A stretch of 64,000 nt of DNA. Origin: Haliotis cracherodii (lineage: Eukaryota). The notes under the pieces are model-generated. The model was given only the letters and a program-made list of their open reading frames with translations. It did no database searches and was not told the origin of the DNA. Made by a program: the position numbers and the translations under genes. This document shows, in pieces, positions 1-14,152 of the stretch (within the stretch, counting starts at the first letter, position 1; every line of letters begins with the position of its first letter). The stretch spans positions 70,494,001-70,558,000 of the forward strand of contig NW_027266286.1 in NCBI RefSeq assembly GCF_022045235.1, read 5' to 3'.

Positions 1-109
1 ATTTTAAAAAGAAATGTGAGGAAAAGGAGACTACTAAAAATAACGAATCGACAGATCGCATGAACTTGGCAGTTGGTGATAGAAACTTTCGCGCTATTTG
101 TCAACCAAT

Positions 110-253
110 AATAAAGCATCATCTAATGCCTGGTCACTTAAAACATTGTCATTTTTTTATTTTATCCCATTAATGTAAATGCATGGGTTCTTTTCTGTTA
201 AAGCGAGAGTGACAATTAAATCAATAAAACGGGAATTTCAATTAACTTTGTAC

Positions 254-289
<36 letters not shown>

Positions 290-1680
290 CCAGAAATATA
301 GGCTTTGCAATAAAGTGAGCTAAAGTTACAAGTCTTTCAGTTGAAGAGTGTTAGGCAGGCAGCCTTTATTTCAATACCGGAAGTAGTATAATCCAAACCG
401 TAAGTACAAATATCAAAGTTACAAAGTAAGCCACAGCTACATGTAAAATACTTTCTCCTTTGAAGTTCTAATATAGTCAGCATCTGTTTCCTGAAACAAC
501 AAAGGACATAATCCAAAATAGATGTGCCAATAACTAATTTAATAAACACACGTAGAACCAGGTGGCTACAAATTTTAGGTTTGAAAGCAGTGAAAAAGAA
601 TTCTTAAACCGGAAGTTAGACAATTCAAACACTTAAGCTTTGTTGCACAACGAGATCCAACCATGGGTCATTCAAGTTTATAATAAGGACGTGTTTTCTG
701 AAACCACAAGTGAAATAATGCAAAAACATGAAGAACTAACAAGTTTGTTACAAACCGAACTAGAACTATGGGGCTTTGTGGTTTTCAATTCCAATTAAAT
801 GTTCTGTGTCAATCCGGAAGTGATAATTTATTAATTTTCTGGTTCTAAGTGCACTGGTAGAAGGTATCTGTTGACATTCTTTGATAAGACCAGACGTAGT
901 TACTCCTTAAAGCTATCTAAGCGAGCTAAAAGGATGTGGAACATGCGAATGGGCACCTATCGCAACCTTGATAAAGCAGTGAGAATGGATGTCATTGGAG
1001 CCCGACATATTTGGTTTCAATTTTATGAATAAATGCTTTCATCAGAAATCTGAATCAAATTCCACTGCAACAGCACATCCTACCAAAATATCAGCTATCT
1101 GGATATATATATATATATATGAATTTCTGAGAATTCTAAATGATTTCAATAAAATTATGTTGGGTTTTCATATTTTAAACATATGACCCATTTCATATTA
1201 TCGTCCAACACGACTTGATACAGTTTCTGATCCCCTGGTCTTGTAGTTTGTCAGAAGAAGATAATTAAAATATACTATAGTTTGAGTTTATATCATTTTT
1301 GGTTTTCTTTTAATGTTGTTATTTTATTGGCATGTACATATCTGATGCGAAACATACATCAATGTTTCTAAATTTCTATACATGCGATTTCTTAGCAAAG
1401 AGACTTTAAAACATAATTTTACTTTGTTTTCATTTATAAACAAAACACTAAAAATATTCACACTTAGTTGTAGTTTTTACGAAAATACTCTTCGCTCTCC
1501 ATGTCTTAAAGACTGACCGCTTGAATGTTTTCAGTACATTTCTGTCAGATACAGTTATATTGGGAATCAAGTGGTCACACCTGTGACCAAGCAGATCATG
1601 TGCCAACGAACCCTTATGTCGTGGGTCTCTGCTCATAATTCAATCACTGGTTTGTATACTTGGTTCGATTATCCTTTTAC
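110..1680 (-). pseudogene. Heavily decayed LRR/TLR-like relic
   Basis: Frameshifted LRR-like peptides on the minus strand (VKLQLSVN, VLFINENKVKL, RNLETL, NKITTLKEN, FSLLSNLK), then an LRR-CT-like YFTCSCGLL; preceded by acceptor TTCTTTGTCGTCGCTTTACAG at 1680-1681. Confidence 0.35.
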
Positions 1681-2704
1681 TGTAAAGCGACGACAAAGAA
1701 CAGTAACATGGTTTTAGTATTGTCACATATTGTATGTAAAATTTAACCAGTGTTGGTTGTGACATCGTTCCCGGGCGGCGTTCAGCAACTAACAAAAGAA
1801 GACCTATTCTACCCCGGAATCTACACGGGTCACTAACAAACAGAACTGACTAAACTTTGCTCACTGGACTTCGATAAGGTGTTAATTTGGTGTTGATGCG
1901 ACACATCAATAGGTCGTTTCAGCATTTTCTGTTTGTTCTTGTTTAACATCGCAATGAGAGATATTCCAGCTGTCTGAAGGCCGTATGTAAATAATCGGGT
2001 CTCGATGAGACAATCCAGGGATTGAAATATATCAAACTTTTGTGTACAATGTGGTTACTAGTCTGGACTAGCATATACTTTCGTTTCAGGCGAATTTTGA
2101 CCTTGAGTCGACATTTGCAGCATAACAGTTTCACAAAATCAAAAATGCGGACATGGGCAATAAAAATAAAAGTAAGCGCAAAAATAGGCTTTAGCATATG
2201 GTTGCCATGGAAACCAAACTTGCATTCGAAATGGTCCTACACCTTGTGACAAGAAAGTAACGGACCAGGTTCAGGCGACCCTAACTGACCACGGACCTCG
2301 AGGCAGCGTTTTGGACAAATTGACAAGTACGTCAATTACCCCTTCGCTTGTCAAAGCCCAAACAGACATTGCTTAGGCCATTGAGGCAAGGGCTGGGGAT
2401 TTACATCTCCCTTAACGCGGGGTCTATTTCTGGGGGAAATAAGGTACGTGACCCTGTGACCCCCAGAAACCAGACTTTGACCTTTGCAGTGGAAAGACAG
2501 TTGACCATGCTTACACATATCTTCTCTGATATTGCTTGACTGAAATGTTACATGCAGATTCCTTCTCATGAAAAACGTTTTTCTTTTAAATATTTTCAAA
2601 AAATCAAATTTTGCAAAATAATTTAAGATCTTCTTTAGAACCATAACCGCAGAACTGAACATTGTCTTAATGACTACAAGTCGATCAAGGTTTGTTCAAG
2701 GCAA

Positions 2705-5700
2705 TATACACGTATCTCCCCCACGGCAATACCTAGACTATAATTAACTGTGGCCACTCATATATATGTATCTCAGCCATGTACATACCTTGACTATAAT
2801 AAACTGTTGTCACTCATATGCATCTATCTCACCCAAGAACATATCGAGACTGTTATAAACTGTGATCACTCATATACATGTTTCTCATCCATGAACATAC
2901 TTAGACTATAATAAAATGTGGTCACTCATAAACATGTATCTCACCCATGACCATATCTAGACTATAATAAACTGTGGTCACTCATATACATCTATCTCAC
3001 CCATGAACATATCTAGACTGTAATAAACTGTTGTCACTCATAAACATGTATCTCACCCAAGAACATATCTAGACTACAATAAACTGTTGTCACTCATAAA
3101 CATGTTTCTCATCCATGAACATACCTAGACTATAATAAACCGTGGTCACTCATATGCATCTATCTCACCCATGAACATATCTAGACTGTGATAAACTGTT
3201 GTCACTCATAAACATGTGTCTCATCCATGAACATACCTGAACTATAATAAACTGTTGTCACTCATATTCATGTATTTCATCCATGAACATACCTAGACTA
3301 TAATAAACCGTGGTCACTCATATGCATCTATCTCACCCATGAACATATCTAGACTGTAATAAACTGTTGTCACTCATATACATGTATCTCACCCATGACC
3401 ATATCTAGACTATAATAAACTGTGGTCACTCATATGCATCTATCTCACCCATGAACATATCGAGACTGGTATAAACTGTGATCACTCATATACATGTATC
3501 TCACCCATGAACATATCTAGACTGTAATAAACTGTTGTCACTCATAAACATGTGTCTCATCCATGAACATACCTAGACTATAATAAACCGTGGTCACTCA
3601 TATGCATCTATCTCACCCATGAACATATCTAGACTGTAATAAACTGTTGTCACTCATAAACATGTGTCTCATCCATGAACATACCTGAACTATAATAAAC
3701 TGTTGTCACTCATATTCATGTATTTCATCCATGAACATACCTAGACTATAATAAACAGCGGTCACTCATATTCATCTATCTCACCCATGAACATATCTAG
3801 ACTGTAATAAACTGTTGTCACTCATATACATGTATCTCACCCATGAACATATCTAGACTATAATAAACTGTGGTCACTCATATGCATCTATCTCACCCAT
3901 GAACATATCTAGACTGTAATAAACTGTTGTCACTCATAAACATGCTTCTCATCCATGAACATACCTAGACTATAATAAACTGTGGTCACTCATATGCATC
4001 TATCTCACCCATGAACATATCTAGACTGTAATAAACTGTTGTCACTCATAAACATGTATCTCACCCAAGAACATATCTAGACTACAATAAACTGTTGTCA
4101 CTCATAAACATGTTTCTCATCCATGAACATACCTAGACTATAATAAACAGCGGTCACTCATATGCATCTATCTCACCCATGAAAATATCTAGAATGTAAT
4201 AAACTGTGATCACTCATATACATGTATCTCACCCATGACCATATCTAGACTGTAATAAACTGTTGTCACTCATATACATGTATCTCACCCATGAACATAT
4301 CGAGACTGGTATAAACTGTGATCACTCATATACATGTATCCCACCCATGAACATATCTAGACTGTAATAAACTGTTGTCACTCATAAACATGTGTCTCAT
4401 CCATGAACATACCTAGACTAAAATAAACTGTTGTCACTCATATACATGTTTCCCATCCATGAACATACCTAGACTATAATAACTGTGGTTACTCATATGC
4501 ATCTATCTCACCCATGAACATATCTAGACTTTAATAAACTGTTGTCACTCATAAACATGTTTCTCATCCATGAACATACCTGAACTATAATAAACTGTGG
4601 TCACTCATATGCATCTATCTCACCCATGAACATATCTAGACTGTAATAAACTGTGGTCACTCATATAAATGTATCTCACCCAAGAACATATGTAGACTAC
4701 AATAAACAGTGGTCACTCATAAACATGTTTCTCATCCATGAACATACCTAGACTATAATAAACTGTGGTCACAAATATGCATCTATCTCACCCATGAACA
4801 TATCTAGACTGTAATAAACTGTTGTCACTCATAAACATGTTTCTCATCCATGAACATACCTAGACTATAATAAACAGCGGTCACTCATATGCATCTATCT
4901 CACCCATGAAAATATCTAGAATGTAATAAACTGTTGTCACTCATATACATGTATCTCACCCATGAACATATCGAGACTGGTATAAACTGTGATCACTCAT
5001 ACACATGTATCCCACCCATGAACATATCTAGACTGTAATAAACTGTTGTCACTCATAAACATGTGTCTCATCCATGAACATACCTAGACTAAAATAAACT
5101 GTTGTCACTCATATACATGTTTCCCATCCATGAACATACCTAGACTATAATAACTGTGGTTACTCATATGCATCTATCTCACCCATGAACATATCTAGAC
5201 TGTAATAAACTGTTGTCACTCATAAACATGTTTCTCATCCATGAACATACCTGAACTATAATAAACTGTGGTCACTCATATGCATCTATCTCACCCATGA
5301 ACATATCTAGACTGTAATAAACTGTGGTCACTCATATAAATGTATCTCACCCAAGAACATATGTAGACTACAATAAACAGTGGTCACTCATAAACATGTT
5401 TCTCATCCATGAACATACCTAGACTATAATAAACTGTGGTCACAAATATGCATCTATCTCACCCATGAACATATCTAGACTGTAATAAACTGTTGTCACT
5501 CATAAACATGTTTCTCATCCATGAACATACTTAGGCTATAATAAACTGTTGTCACTCATATGCATCTATCTCACCCATGAACATATCTAGACTGTAATAA
5601 ACTGTGGTCACTCATATAAATGTATCTCACCCAAGAACATATGTAGACTACAATAAACAGTGGTCACTCATAAACATGTTTTTATCCATGAACATACCTA

Positions 5701-7345
5701 GACTATAATAAACTGTGGTCACAAATATGCATCTATCTCACCCATGAACATATCTAGACTCTAGTAAACTGTTGTCACTCATAAACATGTTTCTCACCCA
5801 TGAACATATCTAGACTATAATAAACTGTGGTCACTCATATAAATGTATCTCACCCATGAACATATCTAGACTACAATAAACAGTGGTCACTCATAAACAT
5901 GTTTCTCATCCATGAACATACCTAGACTATAATAAACTGTGGTCACAAATATGCATCTATCTCACCCATGAACATATCTAGACTGTAATAAACTGTTGTC
6001 ACTCATAAACATGTGTCTCATCCATGAACATACCTGAACTATAATAAACTGTTGTCATTCATATTCATGTATCTCATCCATGAATAATAAACAGTGGTCA
6101 CTCATATGCATCTATCTCACCCATGAACATATCGAGACTGTTATAAACTGTGATCACTCATATACATCTATCTCACCAATGAACATATCTAGACTGTAAT
6201 AAACTGTTGTCACTAAAATACATGTATCTCACCCATGAACATATCGAGACTGTTATAAACTGTGATCACTCATATACATGTATCTCACCCATGAACATAT
6301 CTAGACTGTAATAAACTGTGGTCACTTATATGCATCTATCTCACCCATGAACATATCGAGACTGTTATAAACTGTGATCACTCATATACATGTGTCTCAT
6401 CCATGAACATACCTGAACTATAATAAACTGTTGTCACTCATATGCATCTATCTCACCCATGAACATATCGAGACTGGTATAAACTGTGATCACTCATATA
6501 CATCTATCTCACCCATGAACATATCGAGACTGTAATAAACTGTTGTCACTCATAAACATGCTTCTCATCCATGAACATACCTAGACTATAATAAACTGTT
6601 GTCACTCATATGCATCTATCTCACCCAAGAACATATCTAGACTGTTATAAGCTGTGATCACTCATATACATGTTTCTCATCCATGAACATACCTAGACTA
6701 TAATAAACTGTGGTCACTCATATGCATCTATCTCACCCATGAACATATCTAGACTGTAATAAACTGTTGTCACCCATATACATGTATCTCACCCATGAAC
6801 ATATCGAGACTGGTATAAACTGTGATCACCCATATACATCTATCTCACCCATGAACATATCTAGACTGTAATAAACTGTTGTCACTCATAAACATGTGTC
6901 TCATCCATGAACATACCTAGACTATAATAAACTGTTGTCACTCATATACATGTTTCTCATCCATGAACATACCTAGACTGTAATAAACTGTGGTCATTCA
7001 TATGCATCTATCTCACCCAAGAACATATGTAGACTGTTATAAACTGTGATCACTCATATACATGTTTCTCATCCATGAACATACCTAGACTATAATAAAC
7101 TGTGGTCACTCATATGCATCTATCTCACCCATGAACATACCTAGACTGTAATAAACTGTTGTCACTCATAAACATGTGTCTCATCCATGAAGATACCTAG
7201 ACTTAATAAACTGTGGCCACTCATATGTATGCATGTAACCATGAACCTATCAAGACTATAATCAACTGTCATCATTCATTTTCATGTATCTCACCCAAAT
7301 ACATATCTAGGCTATAATGAACTGTACTTATATGCATGTATGCAA
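2705..7345. repeat. 56-bp satellite array 1 (~80 monomers, 112-bp dimer structure)
   Basis: Monomer CCCATGAACATATCTAGACTGTAATAAACTGTTGTCACTCATATACATGTATCTCA; period 56 (2941 vs 2997). Confidence 0.95.
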
Positions 7346-8217
7346 CCGCTGAATAGATGTATGGAAAAGACCAATCTGAAGCCAGTAAAAGTAATCACAA
7401 AGGTAATAACGGTGTTGAGGGAAAAATCAGATATAGACTCACATTATCCACTTCAGCACTTGCCAAATGGTTTATACCCAAACTGTACCAGTGTGTTCTA
7501 CATGGCATGAGTGTTATGTGTCCTTCAAACTGTGTCGCAGTGTACTCCGCAAACATGACTGAAATCGAAAGCTTCCTCAGTATTAACTTCCGTGATTAGG
7601 CTTCAATCTCAAAATCTTAAAATGCGTGTTTCACCTTCCTTTTCAAAATCGAGGAACAAATAAGATTAACTGTACAAATAGTTGTTTAACAGATAAATCA
7701 TACATGAGGAAAAACACAACTGTTGTTTGAACAGATGCATGTTCCGACATACAATTGGTGTAGATAATGATCACTTGTTTTAATCCCATGTTCATAACTG
7801 ACTGGATACAAATATGATTGTTACAACATGCTTTGTTTGTAATAATGCCTCACTATTCAAGTAATAAGCCAGCTGTGAGGTGGTGGCCTGTAAATATCCG
7901 AGTCTGTGACAATCAAACCAGTGATTGATATGCGCAACGATCTGCGCCGTCCGGGTGCGACAATACGCAATCAACCAATACGCTGAGTCTGACCACCCGA
8001 CCCATTCAGTCGCCTCCTACGACCAGCATAGGTTGCCGGGGATCAATTCTAAAGCGAAATCACCATGGGTTCCCAATTATGTCACCTCTTACGACGAGCA
8101 ATGGGGTGCTGGGGACACATTGTTCCCCTTTTCCCACTTTTATTCGACTAATCCTGATCATCACCTTTACTTGATTGACCAATCCATAATGATTTCCATC
8201 ACTTAATCGCCACCGGT

Positions 8218-8800
8218 CTGAACTGAACTGAACCTTTATTTACACTCAGGCCACTATCAGCGGCATCAGAGGTACCAAATATTTCAACAACATAATACAT
8301 ATACATATAAATATAGAACAGATTTTTAGAAAACTTTGCCGAGCATGCATACATGTTATACAGATTTACTAGGGTAGCACTATATGTGCAATTGAATAAG
8401 AGGGAGAGTTACTTGATAGGTTTAAACAATGACATGATGATTTTACAGAATTTGGGACAGTTTTCTCAATGTTCCTAATCGTGAATTATTGAAAAGTACA
8501 TTCATTTATGCATATTGGGTTTGATGTTGTAGAATCTGTGTAAAAAGGTTTCCTTTCGTTTTCTAAAGATGGACAAATAAATAAATAATCGAATTCATCA
8601 CCAATGTCAGATAATTTACAAAGAGGACATTTCCTTTCGGTTAAATGTATTTTCTCTCCCAGTTTCAATAGGTAGGTTATGGTTACAAGCTCCAAACTTA
8701 AGTAAGACTCACCAAAACGTTCTCCTGCAGTACGTTTAAATAATATTTAAAATTTAGGCAATCACTTTTTATTCTACTATACATTGTGCCTTTTGAAGAC
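8218..8800 (-). mobile_element. 3' end of a LINE (C-terminal zinc knuckle and tail)
   Basis: ERKCPLCKLSDIGDEFDYLFICP; ends AATAAAG(GTTCA)n. Partial duplicate at ~28331-28765. Confidence 0.75.
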
Positions 8801-9125
8801 TCAATCTATGCTCAGTGACAACCTAAGGTATCCTCTCCGGGCCATTTTTTACTTAAAATATTGACACCGATCTGAGCGCAATTAGAAACAATTTAACCGA
8901 GGTCGTAATGTAAAAGGCAATCCTTTTGAGGACAGGGGGCACGAAAAAAATACCTGATTCTCATAAAATGTTACAAATACACATGTCATATCCCGAAAGA
9001 GGCATGAAAAGCCAATTTCTATGTAAAGATACCAAGCAAGCAGTAGTCAGAATTGGTTTGGAAGTCTTTAGCTTATATCATTGTAATGCTACGAAATAGT
9101 ATGAAAAGCTGCACCATCAGTACAT

Positions 9126-9304
9126 ATAGTAAACTACCGTTATAACGAATTCAAAGGGGCCACTAATTTTAGTTCGTTATAACCGTAGTTCGTTATAAGC
9201 ATATATACAGCATAACAAAAGCAAATAGTCGGGACAAAAACGTAAGTTCGTTATATCCGTCAGTTCGTTATAAGCGTGTTCGTTATAAACCTGGTTTACT
9301 GGAT
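9126..9304. mobile_element. pogo/Tigger-like MITE
   Basis: Inverted termini AGTAAACTACCGTTATAACG...CGTTATAAACCTGGTTTACT with internal GTTCGTTATA subrepeats; left half deleted in the duplicate (~29090-29170). Confidence 0.6.
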
Positions 9305-9310
9305 ATATAA

Positions 9311-9311
<1 letters not shown>

Positions 9312-9372
<61 letters not shown>
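9312..9372. repeat. (CA)n/(TA)n microsatellite
   Basis: Read directly. Others: (TA)n 254-289, (CT)n 40613-40650, (TTG)n 54351-54369, poly-G 59345-59363, (CATY)n 59573-59615. Confidence 0.95.
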
Positions 9373-9840
9373 CTTGAAAACAGGAAGATAATCGACTCGC
9401 CCGGCTAGCTCAAGCCGGAAAAAATATTGTTTTGTGCACGTGACTTTGACATGATACACAAACGTGGCGATGCAATGCATCCTTATAACTGTTTCCGTGT
9501 GCGTTGTCTTCAAATCAAAATATGTTGCATAGATAGAATAACTGGTCTTAGAAATATCCGTTATGTTACACAAACTATATGCGGCTGGATCTGTTCTTAC
9601 TCATTTCACAATGAATTTCCTGTCACTACTCCAGTACTGTTACTGTTCTAGTTATTATGTGGTTACAGAAGAACAGCGCGAGACAGTTACTGCCTTATTA
9701 CGCATCAGTAATTTTGCAGATATTGTCATGGGAACAACACGTGGGATACGAAGGGATCTGGCACCTCTTGGAGATAAACTGTTGCAAAATCCTCGACCTA
9801 CTGAATCGAATCAGAAACCAATTTAGTTTCGTTTACTCAC

Positions 9841-9940
9841 CTCTTCAGAAATAAGAACAACAGGCAACTGTAGCTTAGGTTTTTGCTGTGTGTCTCGTTG
9901 TGAAATGTACGACTCCCTTCCTGGTTGGTGTGTTTATAAG
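9841..9940 (-). promoter_or_regulatory. TATA box plus candidate first exon of a TLR predicted left of the window
   Basis: Near-identical duplicate of 29862-29960; TATAAA at 9933-9938; intact GTGAGT donor at 9840. Confidence 0.5.
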
Positions 9941-10431
9941 TTATGGCATCGATTGACGATAACTTTGTTTGCTTGTCAGAAAGCTTTGTATGTAAGGAAA
10001 AGGATGAAATTAACACATTGATTTTATCAACTTTGAATTCAACATTTTTTTAGAAGACTTCTTCGTGGTCAGGGGGTTTGGGTGGCCAAGCGGTCAAATG
10101 TGCTGCTATTGTGCTGCAATTGCCTTTGCTCATGAGTAAACGCCTGAAGTCTGCGTCACTTCGATCTTTCTCCTCAAATTGTATTCAAAGCGGCGCTAAA
10201 GTCAACTAACTCACTAACTCATAACAAAAAACGTTCGCTCTTCATGGCGAAGACTTGGGTACGAATCTCCACATGGGTACAATGTGTGAAGCCCGTTTCT
10301 AGTGTCCCCCGCTTTGATTTTGCTGGAATATTGTTAAAAGCGGCAGAAAATGAAACTAACTCACTCCTATTAATAATGCATGGATAGTAACCGGTGAAAA
10401 GGATATTTGGAATGTAAATTCAGGGGATATT

Positions 10432-10690
10432 GTTTGTTGTTTAACGCCGCACTCAGCAATATTCAAGCTATTTGACGGCGGTCTGTAAATAACCGAGTCT
10501 GGACCAGATAATCCTGTGATTGACACTATGAACATCGATCTACGCAATTAGGATACGATGACATGCATCAACCAAGTCAGCGAGTCTGACCACCCGATCC
10601 CCTTAGTCGCCTCTAACGACAAGCACAGTCGCCTTTTATGGAAAGTATGGGTTGTTGAAGACCTATTCTACCCCGGATCTTCACGGGTCG
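10432..10690 (-). mobile_element. Short retroposon family C
   Basis: Full length; the duplicate at 30452-30663 is truncated. Confidence 0.85.
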
Positions 10691-10852
10691 GATATGGCAT
10701 GTGCATGTATTGATGGATGTGTGGGGTGCCTTCTCGCACGGAATCCTCACCCGGGACCTAATATATGGTATTTGTACTTGCATTGATGTCACTAACTAGA
10801 CTACCTGGTTACATTATCTTTTAGAAAAGTATCTAACAGACCCAGTAAACAA

Positions 10853-11138
10853 GTGAGTGAGTGAGTGAGTGAGTTCGGTATTAACGCCGCTTTTAACAGT
10901 ATTCCAGTTATATCACGGCGTGTCAGCTTTATGTGGGAGGAAAGCCCGAAGTGATGCAGGTCTTAGACGTTTACCACCTCGGTGCAACCCACGAACACGG
11001 GTATGGTGCTGACCTAGAAACATAATCGGGGCGAACCGGGGTTCGAACCAGCAAACATAGGTTTCTGGCGTGCCCAAGGGACGCAACTCTGCACAGCGAA
11101 TCCCAGCGCTTTAGACGACTGTGCCACCCGTGCCCCTC
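10853..11138 (-). mobile_element. SINE family B
   Basis: Full-length homolog of 30904-31185 with different flanks. Confidence 0.85.
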
Positions 11139-11659
11139 CCCCACCCCAACCACCACCACCCCTCTACATTCCTGCATACATAAATAGCAACACGTTTTTC
11201 TACCTAACCGATTGGTTAATGTCACTGCAAAGATCACAAGTTAAATGACGCTGACGGTGGGCAGTAGTTGGATGAGTGGCCGTTTTCAGCAAACTTGTCT
11301 CCTTATAGGATTCCAAATGAGTACTGATAACGGAACCTGCCATTATACCTTGTTAGTTAGTCTAAAAGAACATAATTCATTGATATTCAACTACTTCGCC
11401 AGAATTTTCTTCATTATATGTCAGTCTGGAAAATATATTGATGAAAGACAGTTGGAAGGGCATCGTGTTATAAATCATCAAGATGGATTATAAACACGTT
11501 AATGTAGACAAGAAACAGTCTTGTTCTCCACCTTGTTTGATTAGGATCTTTCCACTTGTCTCGCCTGAATATCTGTCAAGCGCAGCAGATTCGTTGTACG
11601 ACTGAGTATTATGCCTGGCTTTGGCCTGCATACCAAATAGTTTTTCAGGAGTAGTCCGT

Positions 11660-12140
11660 TGTGCCATGTGCGAACAAACGTCTCCCGATCACGTCCCAGA
11701 CGAGCTCATAGTAGGGATAGGTCAGGACTCATGCCTTGTCATTGCATTATTGTTATCTTTTGCTGCTAAAGGTCACTCGTCAGTAACAAAACGGACCAGT
11801 ATAGTTCGAAAACGCCATAACCTTTGGCGCAAGTGTGTTGTAACTGTAGTACTGTCGAGTGACCCATCAATGGACAACATGCAGTCCCTTTCTTTCTGGC
11901 AGTCATATTATAATAGCATTCAGGGTATCCACTCCTAAGCTTGTAACAGCAGAAAAAGAAAAGACTCGAACGGAATGTTGGCCACCATGAATATGTATGA
12001 GACCCATTACATTCCATGGAGGAAGGGTGTTGGTGTTGGGTGCACATATTATGATAGCTGCAACAAATCGAAACTTCAGAGGAATATTATAAGAAGGGTT
12101 TTTCGCGAACACCTCGTGTCATCACTGATTTTCAGTGGTC
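11660..12140 (-). mobile_element. Decayed Tc1-type transposase
   Basis: GMSPDLS then, after a frameshift, ELVWDVIGRRL (Tc1 SPDLxPIExxW motif); ISDDTR resembles FSDESR. Confidence 0.65.
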
Positions 12141-14152
12141 CATTCATGTATTTAGAGCTATTTTTTCCCTTTGCGCCAAATGGAATCTGTTTTGGCGGAT
12201 ATTCTCTTGCATTGACAATTTATATTTGACAATAATAATATCACCTTACTGCCCCGAATCCTTTATAATGCATTTTATCAACTTTCAACCAATTTTTTCA
12301 CGATGAAAAATCGTGAACTAAAAAACAACAAAAGGGTCTGGCCTGACAGTGTTCTTGTCATGCTAAGTGTATGAACCAGGAAGAGCACAGAGAAAAGTAA
12401 TTTTAACATGACACTGTAGAGGCATGTTCCTGCAGAAGTCAGACTGTTGTTTATTGAATAGGTCATATACATTTCATCATACATTGACTGCACAAACAAA
12501 AATGCTTTAAACTTTAAATTTACTTACCCCACTCTTTATGCATGTATATGATTTATATGCGGTTCCTAATGTTACATGTATAATTCTATACTGAAATATT
12601 TTCTTAGAGTGACATCCTCAACTCATCATACATTCATTGTCAAGTTGAGTTTTACGCTGTTTCGTGAGCTTGTGACACACAACGATGGTATTTTCATTTG
12701 ACGGAAAGTGAATGAAGCGGTCGTTCAATATTGCCCTGAGCTTATAAACAGGCCAACAATTAATTTCTGTCCTCCTTTCCAATCTGGCAAGCGCCATTGT
12801 GCGGATTCCGCGGTATCGAAGGACACTATAATCTCAATCTGGTCATAAGAGTGAGTGATTGTGGTTTTACGCTGATTATAGCATTATTCCAGAAATATCT
12901 CATCGTTGAACACCAGAAATGGATATTGTATGTTTGTGGGGAATCGAACCCAAAGGATAAGCAAACGCTGTAATCGCTAGGCTACCCCAACGCCACTGTC
13001 ATAATAGTTAACTAATGTCAGCTTGTTGTAAGGAGTGAACTAGATGACTTTGTGTCTTAATTACACAAAGTAATTAGCCATATGTAAAACAATATTCACT
13101 CACAAACTCATGTAATTTGAGTTACGTTATGATGATCATGTCAGAAGTGATCACACCATTTAGATTTAACAAAAGCATCTTAGCGATGACATGAAATTAT
13201 CAATATCCTCAATAATCAAATCAAACACACCACAACCAACAAGGAATCTGTTTTAGCTGATAATTGGTTATTCTCTTGCGATGACATTTAATATCATTTT
13301 ACGTATCGTGATCACCTGCACAGCCTCTGTGTCATGGAGGTAATCGTAGAACCAATAGATACAAAATTAATATCTTCCCGATAATGTTTGAAAACAATAA
13401 TTATACCCCCAACACAATCGTTTTAGTGGATATTCTGAAAACGTTTTGTGGGTCTACAGTTGTCAGTTCAACGAAAACAGTAAATCTTAAAGCGCTGAAA
13501 ATATACTCATTTATTTCTAGTCATTGGTCAGATTGGCCAAGCTTCATCAAAATGGGTTTTCTGTTCCATATCTATGTAGCTCATATCAATCAACCGAGTC
13601 TGACCACCTGATCCATTCAATCGCCTCGTTCTCCATGCATAGTTTTCTGGGGACTTACAATTGTAGACATGCATTAGTTACAGTTCAAATTATATGACAT
13701 AAATATGTTTTACTATAGTTTGGGTTGTGAAGGAATATGTGAAACCGTGATTAATTTAATGTGAATAAAACACATGTTTACTTCAGCAAAACACAACGTA
13801 TTCACTTACAAAACACTGCAATGATTCTTTGTACAACATGCACGTAATATATATCCACTTCAGAATTAATCCCTGGCAGTGGTTCATAAAAAGCTTCCTA
13901 AACATCTGGAGACGAATACAATAGACGGTTCTGGGATGTGACATCCTACAGAAAATACCTGTATGTAATGTACATCCACTCCAAGATGAATCCCCGGCAG
14001 TGGTTCACAACAGGCCTCCTGGACGTAAGGTACTATAGTAAATACCTTCAGAGATCATGATCAGTATATGGTAACACGAATGAAAAAAGACATTGCATCA
14101 CTGCCTCTTTTAACCAGCCTAGTTACCGATTATCATACCACTTATTAAGCCA

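Noticed and set aside
9563-9854. Duplicated ORFs MWLQKNSARQ.../MLHKLYAAG...
   Set aside because: Frame not preserved between copies; better explained as the antisense of a TLR intron start.
12278-12499. Signal-peptide-like ORF MLKLLFSVLFLVH... after a CTGCAG acceptor-like site
   Set aside because: Stops early in both copies, at different points, and runs into the Tc1 relic.
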